Part shown: piece by piece, positions 25,930 to 33,759 of the stretch | Layout: each line of letters starts with the position of its first letter | Position numbering within the stretch: position 1 is the first letter of the stretch | Origin: Actinomycetota bacterium | GTDB taxonomy: Bacteria > Actinomycetota > Acidimicrobiia > Acidimicrobiales > Microtrichaceae | Assembly (NCBI GenBank): GCA_963169245.1 | Contig: CAUJEC010000055.1 | Coordinates: 1 to 57,093 of the forward strand | Reading direction: 5' to 3' | Length of the DNA stretch: 57,093 nucleotides | Program-made: the position numbers and the translations under genes | The notes under the pieces: model-generated | What the model saw: the letters and a program-made list of their open reading frames with translations, nothing else | What the model was told of the DNA's origin: nothing | Database searches by the model: none

Positions 25930-26867
25930 CTGTCCGCTCCGACCGCCTGGTTCTGAGCGGCCTTCTTGGCAGCAGACTTCGCTGGGGCGGCCTTCTTGGC
26001 CGGCGTGGCCTTCGCGGGCGCCTTCTTGGCAGTGGACTTCGCTGCAGTGGACTTCGCTGGAGCGCCCTGCCTCGTAACTGCCTCCTTCATCGCCGCCTTG
26101 TCCTTCGATGTGCTCTGCGACGAGCGCTCGGACGCGCCCTGTTCCTGTCGGTCCTCCTTGTAGGAGTAGACCACCAGAGACTTGCCCAGCACCCGGTTCA
26201 ACAGTCGCTCGGTGTTTCGGGTGAGCGCGGGAGCCTTCGCGATGTCCCACACCAGCAGTCGGTGGTACGCCTTGACCAGCGGGTTGACGTCATTGCTGAC
26301 ACCCACCACGCACTTGAGCCACCAGTACGGCGAATGCAGGGCATGGGCACGATGCGAGACAGTCGGCATGAGCCCGGCCTCGGTGAGGCGGTGACGGAAC
26401 AGCGGCTCGGTGTAGATCCGGACATGGCCACCGGCGGCGAGCGGAGCGTGGTACTCAGCGGAGAGCGCCCAGCAGACCTTCTCGGGCATCCATGACGGCA
26501 CGGTCGCAGCGAGCACACCGCCGGGTTTGAGGACCCGTCGCAACTCGGCCATCGCTCCACTGTCATCAGGGATGTGTTCGAAGACCTCCGAGCAGATGAT
26601 CCGGTCGAAGGTGTCATCTGGGAACGGCAGATTCAGGGCATCGCCGTTGATGCAGGCTCCGAGCGCGTCCGGCGCGGTCTCGCCCGCTTCGCGCATCGCC
26701 CAGAACAACGCCTGGACGGGAGGGAGTTCGCTGGCGTCGTAGTCGAGCGCGATGACACGTGCGCCACGTCGGAAGCATTCGAATGAGTGACGCCCAGCGC
26801 CCGCGCCCAGGTCGAGCACCAGGTCGCCTTCGTTGAGTCCAAGCAGGTCGTAGTCGACTGTCAGCAT
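25926..26867 (-). CDS. class I SAM-dependent methyltransferase (Methyltransf_11-like) with a 77-aa Lys/Ala-rich C-terminal tail
   Basis: SAM motif I VLDLGAGAGRHS, an acidic post-I residue (IALDYD), and VLKPGGVL. The tail contains ...GAPAKSTAAKSTAKKAPAKATPAKKAAPAKSAAKKAA.... Confidence 0.85.
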   Translation of the reverse strand: MLTVDYDLLGLNEGDLVLDLGAGAGRHSFECFRRGARVIALDYDASELPPVQALFWAMREAGETAPDALGACINGDALNLPFPDDTFDRIICSEVFEHIPDDSGAMAELRRVLKPGGVLAATVPSWMPEKVCWALSAEYHAPLAAGGHVRIYTEPLFRHRLTEAGLMPTVSHRAHALHSPYWWLKCVVGVSNDVNPLVKAYHRLLVWDIAKAPALTRNTERLLNRVLGKSLVVYSYKEDRQEQGASERSSQSTSKDKAAMKEAVTRQGAPAKSTAAKSTAKKAPAKATPAKKAAPAKSAAKKAAQNQAVGADR

Positions 26868-26869
26868 GG

Positions 26870-28372
26870 TCAGACCTCCACGCTGTCGGAGTCAGCGGCC
26901 ACGGTGTCGGAACCAGACGCGCCCGCGGGCGCGCTGATGGACGCAGTGCCGTTCGACGTCACATCGACGGTCGAACCGTTGGTGGAAACGTGGTGGGTGT
27001 CGACGGGCCGCCCAGCCGTGTTGTGATGCTGGGCGTCGTCGAGTTCGAGTAGCGCACGGTAGTGCTCCACGGTCCGTTCGGCGGTGTGACGCCAACTCCA
27101 CCGGTTGATGACACGCTCACGCCCAGCGGCGCCGATTCGCTTGGCGGTCTCCTGGTCATCGAGAGCCCGTCGGATGCCCGCGGCCAGCGACTCGCTGTCA
27201 CCCGGAATGGTCATGTAGCAGGTCTCACCGTCGTTACCGGCGACCTCGGGGATCGCGCCACCGGTGGTCGCGACGAGCGGGCAGCCGGTGCTCATCGCCT
27301 CGATCGCCGGGAGTGAGAATCCCTCATAGAGCGACGGCACAACCGCGCAAGCAGAGGAGTTGTAGAGCGTGACGAGTTCCTCGTCGGTGATCCCGGATAC
27401 GAACTCGACGGCATCCTCGAGAGCGAGTTCTGCGATCGTCCTCTGAGCGGCCGAACCCTCCTTGAGGCGACCCACCATGATCAGCTTCAGCTCGGGTCGT
27501 TCTGCGCGCAGCTTGGCGAGCGCCTCGAGCAGGTACCGCTGACCCTTCATCGTGACATCCGACGAAGCGGTCGAGATGATCTGATTGGGGTTACGCTCGA
27601 CCCCCGGCATCGGTACGAACAGGTCCGGGTCGACGCCCACGGGAACGATATGGAGCTTCTCGGGCGAGACCATGTGGTCGCGGCAGATGTCGTCATAGGA
27701 CGACTGCGACACGGTGATGATGCGCTGCAGTCGGGTGGCGACACGGGTCTGCATCTTGGTGAACGCATACCAGCGGGCCTTTGACCAGCGCTGGAACGCG
27801 GACTCGGCGTGACGCATCTCGAGTCGTCTATCCATGGTGATCGGATGGTGGATGGTGCCGAGTACCGGCAGGCCCATGCGCTCCATCAACAACAGTCCGT
27901 AGCCCAGGCTCTGGTTGTCATGGACCAAGTCGAACTCATCCGCGCGGGTACGCAGGTTGTCCCACGCTCGCAGCGTGAACGCGAGCGGCTCGGGGAACGT
28001 GCCGGTGGAGAACGCTGTCACCTCAGCCCAATCCCAGACATTCTTGAGTTCCCACCAGGCCGGCATGCGCATCGGGAAGTGGTCGTTGTAGATGTCGAGG
28101 GACGGCAACTTGATGAGCGGCACGCGTTCGTCGAGCACCGGGTAGGGCTGACCAGAGAGCACCTCGACGTGGTGGCCCAGATCCACAAGCGCCTTTGTAA
28201 GGTGTCGCGTGTAGACGCCCTGTCCGCCGACGTGTGGCTTACCCCTGTAGGTGAGGTACGCAATGCTGAGCGGGTCGTCGGGTCCGGGTTTGGGCCGGTT
28301 GGTGCCCGAACGCGAAAAAGTCGAACCAGAACTGAAGGTGCCCGAGGTGAATCGGGACGAGCCGCTGCGCAT
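26870..28372 (-). CDS. glycosyltransferase family 4 (GT-B)
   Basis: N-terminal GGQGVYTRHL and the C-terminal EX7E region EGFSLPAIEAMSTGCPLVAT. Ser/Gly-rich N-terminal and Ser/Thr/Asp-rich C-terminal extensions. The start lies 6 nt after the lnt-like stop, and its own stop lies 2 nt before the methyltransferase ATG. Confidence 0.88.
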   Translation of the reverse strand: MRSGSSRFTSGTFSSGSTFSRSGTNRPKPGPDDPLSIAYLTYRGKPHVGGQGVYTRHLTKALVDLGHHVEVLSGQPYPVLDERVPLIKLPSLDIYNDHFPMRMPAWWELKNVWDWAEVTAFSTGTFPEPLAFTLRAWDNLRTRADEFDLVHDNQSLGYGLLLMERMGLPVLGTIHHPITMDRRLEMRHAESAFQRWSKARWYAFTKMQTRVATRLQRIITVSQSSYDDICRDHMVSPEKLHIVPVGVDPDLFVPMPGVERNPNQIISTASSDVTMKGQRYLLEALAKLRAERPELKLIMVGRLKEGSAAQRTIAELALEDAVEFVSGITDEELVTLYNSSACAVVPSLYEGFSLPAIEAMSTGCPLVATTGGAIPEVAGNDGETCYMTIPGDSESLAAGIRRALDDQETAKRIGAAGRERVINRWSWRHTAERTVEHYRALLELDDAQHHNTAGRPVDTHHVSTNGSTVDVTSNGTASISAPAGASGSDTVAADSDSVEV

Positions 28373-28378
28373 GATCCC

Positions 28379-29950
28379 TCAAGCTTCGTTCTGTGCGGAG
28401 TTACCGGTCAAATGGTCACCTGAGCGGGCTCGGCGGCGAACTCCGGCCACGAAAGCGAACGCGAGAGCCGCCAGAACCAGTGCTGGGGTCTCACCGAAGA
28501 GCTGTGATGGAAGGGTGCCTGTCATGAGAGGCAGATCGGCCATGAGGACCTTCTTCTCACTCACGCCCGTTCGGTCATGGACCGTACCGTCGGGCCCGAT
28601 GATCGCCGAGAAACCGGTGGGGGCCACCTGGATCGTCCAGCGACCGCTTTCGACGGCGCGATAGGTGGTTGTGGCGATCTGTTGGGTCTGGACCTGGGTG
28701 AGCCAGTAGCTGGCGCCATTGGTGGGATTGAGCACGATCTGCCCACCGTCGCGAACACCCTCACGTACCCGACGTGGGAAGAAGATCTCCCAGCTGATCG
28801 CCACAGCCGCCTTCACCGGGCCGGTGTCGACGCCTGCGGAACCCTCACCGACAATCGCATCACGGCCCGGCAGAGTGTCGCCCGCGAAAATCTCGAAGAA
28901 CGAACGGAGCGGAACGTACTCGCCGAACGGAACCCTGCGCTCCTTGTCGAAACGACCGGTGAGTGACCCGTCAGGCTGCACCAGCACCATGTAGTTGAGG
29001 AACCTTGTGTCGTCGTCGGGATCGTCCTCGACCACCCCGACCATGATCGGCGCGTCCAACCGCCTGGCCTCAGCGGCGACCTGATCGTGCCAGAAACTCT
29101 GCGCGAAGGTTCCGTCCACCATGTAGACGGTGTTCTCGGGCCACACGACCAGGTCGACGGGCTTGTTGACCTCGCGAGTCGCATCGAGATGGCGCTGGAA
29201 CACCTTCGGTATCTCGGTGTAGTCGAAGGTGTTGCCCTGAGGTCCGCCGCCCTGGATGGCAGCAACTCGAACAGTTTCCGGCGTCCCATCCTTAGTCTCG
29301 ACCTGATGAACCAGAGAACTGGCAGTCATTCCGCCGCCTATGGCCAGCGTTGTGACTGCCAGCATTGCGAGTGGCTCACGAACTCGGCGTTCAACGACAG
29401 CCATGTGCAACGCCGCGCCGATCGCAACGATCAGCCCGGAGACGACGATCCCTCCACCGAGTCGAGCGACTGGCAATAGAGGGCCACGAGCCTGGGAGAA
29501 CGACAGCATCGAGATCGGCACTCCGCCGAATGGGGCGAGTGAATGGAACCACTCGAAGAGCATCACGCCAGCGGGGAGCGTCAGATACTTGTAGGTGCCC
29601 CTCGGGACGATGAGACCGACGAGTCCGACCAGTCCCGCCCATCCGAGGAGTCCACCCACGATGTATCCGGGCGGGGTCAGCCTCCAGATCCACAGCGTGG
29701 ACGGCAGGAACCATCCGAATCCGACGAACCACGACGTGATGAACCGTTGACGTGCGGGGGCTTCGAGCAGGTGGCACCAGATCGCAGCGCCGACAAAGGC
29801 GAGTGGCCACCAGCCCCACGGAGGCAGCGAGGCGCACAGGAGCAGCCCGGCGACAAGACCCAAGAACCAGTTCCGAGCCAGATGGGGGAGCGTCGAGGGT
29901 TCGGCGGTCTGGTGCTTCTGGACCTCACGCTTCTCGTTTGGTTCGCTCAT
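28379..29950 (-). CDS. lnt: apolipoprotein N-acyltransferase-like protein (polytopic membrane domain plus CN-hydrolase domain) with Ser at the catalytic Cys position
   Basis: Motifs VVWPENT (Glu) and FDKERRVPFGEYVP (Lys) are present, but AISWEIFFP stands where Lnt has the Cys-containing I-C-Y-E motif. The ATG at 29950 overlaps the hemY stop (ATGA). Confidence 0.8.
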   Translation of the reverse strand: MSEPNEKREVQKHQTAEPSTLPHLARNWFLGLVAGLLLCASLPPWGWWPLAFVGAAIWCHLLEAPARQRFITSWFVGFGWFLPSTLWIWRLTPPGYIVGGLLGWAGLVGLVGLIVPRGTYKYLTLPAGVMLFEWFHSLAPFGGVPISMLSFSQARGPLLPVARLGGGIVVSGLIVAIGAALHMAVVERRVREPLAMLAVTTLAIGGGMTASSLVHQVETKDGTPETVRVAAIQGGGPQGNTFDYTEIPKVFQRHLDATREVNKPVDLVVWPENTVYMVDGTFAQSFWHDQVAAEARRLDAPIMVGVVEDDPDDDTRFLNYMVLVQPDGSLTGRFDKERRVPFGEYVPLRSFFEIFAGDTLPGRDAIVGEGSAGVDTGPVKAAVAISWEIFFPRRVREGVRDGGQIVLNPTNGASYWLTQVQTQQIATTTYRAVESGRWTIQVAPTGFSAIIGPDGTVHDRTGVSEKKVLMADLPLMTGTLPSQLFGETPALVLAALAFAFVAGVRRRARSGDHLTGNSAQNEA

Positions 29951-31395
29951 CAACTTCCCAACAGTTCTCTGACGGCAACCCGGCCCGCTTCGATACACGC
30001 TGGTATGCCCAGCCCGCGGAACGAGGCCCCGGTGACGCGGATGTTCGGTGCTGCGGCAGCGAGGTCAGCCTCTATGGAGTCGACCAGGTCGAGGTGACCC
30101 ACTTCGTACTGTGCAAATCCGGATGGATACCGCGAAACACGCACTGAACCCGACTGGCGAACCCCGTCTGTGAGAGTTGTCGGGTCGGCGGACAACAACA
30201 GCGCGAGTTCCGGGATCATGCGTCGGAGGAGTTCGTCATCGTCGAGGTCGACAGCCGTCGCGTCGTCGCTGTTTCCGACCGATGCTCGAAGGATGACCCT
30301 CTCGGGTTCGGACCAGTGAGGCCACTTGTTCGAACCCACCGACACCGCTGTCGTGAGCATCCCCTCGGACCGGGGTACGAGCACTCCGGACAGTTCGGGG
30401 TTCAATTCGGCCAAGACGCTGGCCGGAACGTCGAGTGTCACCAGCGCAACCGAGGAGTATCCGATCGAGGCGAGCGATCTGCTCGCGCTGGGGGACACCT
30501 CGGCGAGGATCTGGGCTGATCGGGCAGCAGGTACCGCTAGGAGCAATTCGGTGGCGTCGAACACGGTTCCCTGGCGCCCACCTGATCCGGCCGAGGTGGA
30601 CTCGGTCCTGACCCGCACTCCGGTGGAGTCGACTGTGATTCCGCGAACGGATGTGCCTGTGATGATCTGCGCTCCCCGGTCCATCAGTTGGTCGCCCAGA
30701 GCGGAGATGAGCGAACCCGTCCCCCCACGAAGCCCGCGGAAGACCCCGGACATCGCAGGCGGGGGAGCCGAATCACGGATTGTTCGCAGGGCAAGGGTCA
30801 GACTGCCGCCTCGTGCGGCCGCAGCAGCGAGTTGAGGAGTCACCGCCCGGAGGCTGAGCCTGTCCACGTTGCCGGCATTGATCCCGCCGACGAGGGGTGC
30901 CACAACATTCCGGACCAGTTCGGAGCCGTAACGTTCGGTCAGGAATGCGCCGATTGACACATCCTCGACTGGTGCTGACCAATCCCGCTCTGTTTCGGCC
31001 ATAGCGTCGGCCAACCCGCTGGCGGACAGGAGTCCGCATGTGGCGAGACTCTCGAACTCGACGGGAACCCCTAGAACCGTGTCTGTCGGAAGGAACTTCG
31101 CGGAACCGTCAACCCATACCTGTGCACGGGACGCGGACGGCTCCACGAGTTGGTCTGACAGGCCCAACTCCTCGCAGAGTTCGATGGCGTGTGGAACCCG
31201 AGCGAGGAATGCGTCGGCGCCCTCATCAATTGCCGTCCCATTGCTGAGCCCGGCCAGAGGCGAGGTTGCGATCTTGCCCCCAACGCGAGGCGCAGTATCG
31301 ATCACCGTGACGTCTACGTCAGGGGTTGAAGCAGCCTGCCAGGCCGCCGCAAGTCCGGTGATTCCAGCGCCAACGATGAGGAGATGCCGACTCAC
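29950..31395 (-). CDS. hemY: protoporphyrinogen/coproporphyrinogen III oxidase (FAD)
   Basis: LIVGAGITGLAAAW dinucleotide-binding motif, 481 aa. The GTG start overlaps the hemH stop (GTGA). Confidence 0.87.
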   Translation of the reverse strand: MSRHLLIVGAGITGLAAAWQAASTPDVDVTVIDTAPRVGGKIATSPLAGLSNGTAIDEGADAFLARVPHAIELCEELGLSDQLVEPSASRAQVWVDGSAKFLPTDTVLGVPVEFESLATCGLLSASGLADAMAETERDWSAPVEDVSIGAFLTERYGSELVRNVVAPLVGGINAGNVDRLSLRAVTPQLAAAAARGGSLTLALRTIRDSAPPPAMSGVFRGLRGGTGSLISALGDQLMDRGAQIITGTSVRGITVDSTGVRVRTESTSAGSGGRQGTVFDATELLLAVPAARSAQILAEVSPSASRSLASIGYSSVALVTLDVPASVLAELNPELSGVLVPRSEGMLTTAVSVGSNKWPHWSEPERVILRASVGNSDDATAVDLDDDELLRRMIPELALLLSADPTTLTDGVRQSGSVRVSRYPSGFAQYEVGHLDLVDSIEADLAAAAPNIRVTGASFRGLGIPACIEAGRVAVRELLGS

Positions 31396-32540
31396 GGGTG
31401 ACTTCCCCCGTGGTCTTGATCTGCGCTGTAAACGCCACTGTCGGTTTCGCTGGGAACGGCACAGCCGTTCGCAGCGCAGCGAGCCGCATCGCCGCCGGCC
31501 ACTCCCGCGCTGACGGCGGTCGAGATCCGAGCGGCGAGGGCGGCCATCACTTCGGGGTCGGCGTTGATGGTCTCGGTTCTTTCCAAGGTGAGACCGGCCG
31601 ACGCGGCAACCGATCGTGCCTCTATGTCGAGGTCATAGAGAATCTCGAGGTGATCCGATGTGAACCCCTGCGGGACCACCAGAATCCCGCGCTCATGGTC
31701 GGACTCGTCGGACCCGTCGGCGCCAGCGGCTTCGCCGGTTGCATCGCTCGCCAGACCGGCGATGATCTCGAGGATGTCAGGACCTGCCCACGGCTCAGGG
31801 GTTCGGCCTGCTGATTGCCAGCCGATCATCCAGTCCGAGCCGAGGCCCGCCTCCTCGGCGATCGCAGCGGCGGAGGCCGTCAGATTCTCTCGGTACGGAT
31901 CGCTCTGTAGGACGCGTTCGGGCAGCGAGTGCGCCGTGAAAACGACCGTCGTTCGCTCGGGCATCGAGTCGAGTTGGGTGCGAAGTGATGACGCCGTGAA
32001 GTCGATGAAAGCAGGTTCGAGCGACCAGTCGTCAATCGGTGAATATTCGACACGGCCAGCGATCGCATCGCGTGCCCTGTCGTGATACTGCCCGACGCTC
32101 GCCGCAGAGAAATGAGGGGCCAGAACGAGGCCGACGATGATCGACACGCCAGCTTTGATCAGGTCCTCCACTCCGTCCTCGATGAACGGGGTGGCATGTT
32201 TCTGGCCGAGGGTGACGACGAACTCTCGTTGAGTCCTCGAAGCGAGCCCAGAGACTGTGTTGACGTCGTCCAGAGCCATCGAGTTCAGAGCGCGCCGGAC
32301 TGCCTCAACCTGGGCGTCGGTCCGGTTGCGCATGGGTGAGATCCCGCCGATCGCGTCGTAACGACTGACCAGGTCCTCTAGTTGTTCCGGAGTAGGCGGT
32401 CGACCCCGTCGGATGTGGGTGTAGTACTTCTCGATGTCGACCGGGGACTGGGGTGTGCCATAGGCCATGATCAACACTCCAACCGAACTGCCCGAGGGCT
32501 GCTCTCTCGGTTGCTCCGATGTCGCCTCGTTCTCTGACAT
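31392..32540 (-). CDS. hemH: ferrochelatase / coproporphyrin ferrochelatase
   Basis: VGVLIMAYGTP N-terminus and FTAHSLP. The internal ATG at 32540 (MSENEA) avoids overlap with hemE. There is an acidic insertion and only two Cys, in a C-terminal CAANGC. Confidence 0.87.
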   Translation of the reverse strand: MSENEATSEQPREQPSGSSVGVLIMAYGTPQSPVDIEKYYTHIRRGRPPTPEQLEDLVSRYDAIGGISPMRNRTDAQVEAVRRALNSMALDDVNTVSGLASRTQREFVVTLGQKHATPFIEDGVEDLIKAGVSIIVGLVLAPHFSAASVGQYHDRARDAIAGRVEYSPIDDWSLEPAFIDFTASSLRTQLDSMPERTTVVFTAHSLPERVLQSDPYRENLTASAAAIAEEAGLGSDWMIGWQSAGRTPEPWAGPDILEIIAGLASDATGEAAGADGSDESDHERGILVVPQGFTSDHLEILYDLDIEARSVAASAGLTLERTETINADPEVMAALAARISTAVSAGVAGGDAARCAANGCAVPSETDSGVYSADQDHGGSHP

Positions 32541-32553
32541 CAGCTCTCCGCGG

Positions 32554-33645
32554 TCAGTCCTGGTCGAGCGTGACGGGCTGGGCGTGGACCAGATCCGCAA
32601 CATTCTCGAGCACGCCAGGGTCGATATCGGGGGTCACCCCATGGCCGAGATTGAAGATGTGGCCGCCACCGCCACCCGGATTCCCACCGCCTCGCCTCAA
32701 CACGTCAAGCACCTGAGGTTCGGTCGCATCCCAACCCGCTGCCACGACCGCCGGGTCGAGATTGCCCTGAAGCGATACATCGCTGGGCACACGACCTCGG
32801 GCCACATCGAGCGGTGTTCGCCAGTCGACACCAACGACATCGGCTCCCGCTGCTGCCATCAGCCCGAGCAACTCTCCGGTGTTGACCCCGAAGTGAATCA
32901 CGGGGACGCCGAGCGATTTCACAGCTGAGATCACCTTCGAAGACGACGGCAGGACAAATCGTTCGTAGTCCATCGGTGAGAGAGCCCCGACCCACGAATC
33001 GAAGAGCTGTGCGGCGCAAGCGCCGTTGGCGACCTGTGAGCGGATCGATTCGATTGCCAGATCCGCGAGTCTGTCGGTCAGCGCAAACCACAGATCTGGA
33101 TCTGCATACATCAGCGCCTTGGTCCTGAAATGCGATCGCGACGGAGCGCCTTCGACCAGGTAGCTGGCCACCGTAAACGGTGCACCGGCAAACCCGATCA
33201 GCGGCACCGAAAGTTCGCTAACCAGATTGCGGACGGTCTCGGCGACATATGAACAGTCGACATCGGCATCGAAGTCGCGGAATCGGTCCAGGTCCGCGAC
33301 GTTCGAGAACGGCTGGTCGACGACCGGGCCGATGCCAGGCTTGATATCCACGCCGAAGCCGATTGCGTGCACCGGCACCATGATGTCGGAGTAGAGGATC
33401 GCGGCATCGGTTCCGTAGCGGCGCACGGGCTGCAGGGTGATCTCGGTTGCGAGATCGGGTTGGGCGATCGCATCGAGGATCGACCCTTCCCCACGGATCG
33501 CCCGGTACTCGGGCAGCGAACGGCCGGCCTGGCGCATGAACCACACCGGCGTGCGGTCGGTTCGCTCGCCGCGACACGCGCGGATGAACGCGGAATAGGC
33601 GTGTGACGTCGTGGGCTGAGCGCCCGTTGACGACGGTTGGTTCAT
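32554..33645 (-). CDS. hemE: uroporphyrinogen decarboxylase
   Basis: PVWFMRQAGRSLPEY motif. Alternative in-frame starts are at 33654 and 33681. Confidence 0.9.
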   Translation of the reverse strand: MNQPSSTGAQPTTSHAYSAFIRACRGERTDRTPVWFMRQAGRSLPEYRAIRGEGSILDAIAQPDLATEITLQPVRRYGTDAAILYSDIMVPVHAIGFGVDIKPGIGPVVDQPFSNVADLDRFRDFDADVDCSYVAETVRNLVSELSVPLIGFAGAPFTVASYLVEGAPSRSHFRTKALMYADPDLWFALTDRLADLAIESIRSQVANGACAAQLFDSWVGALSPMDYERFVLPSSSKVISAVKSLGVPVIHFGVNTGELLGLMAAAGADVVGVDWRTPLDVARGRVPSDVSLQGNLDPAVVAAGWDATEPQVLDVLRRGGGNPGGGGGHIFNLGHGVTPDIDPGVLENVADLVHAQPVTLDQD

Positions 33646-33759
33646 CGGTTCCATCGAGTCACAGTCAATCACGACGCCCATGGGAATCGCCCATCAGCGC
33701 GGCTACAATTGACGATCCCCATATTTCAGGAACGCGCTGCCCCAAGGGTCAGGAGCGGG

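Noticed and set aside
25930-26250. N-terminal 107-aa extension of the QW-repeat ORF (457-aa version)
   Set aside because: It runs out of frame through the Lys/Ala-tail coding repeats of the methyltransferase and gives a repetitive EVHC/QEG sequence. The ATG at 25929 forms an ATGA overlap with the upstream stop.
31392-31500. Fe-S cluster site in the ferrochelatase C-terminus
   Set aside because: Only two cysteines (CAANGC) are present in the whole protein, which is too few to claim a [2Fe-2S] site from sequence alone.
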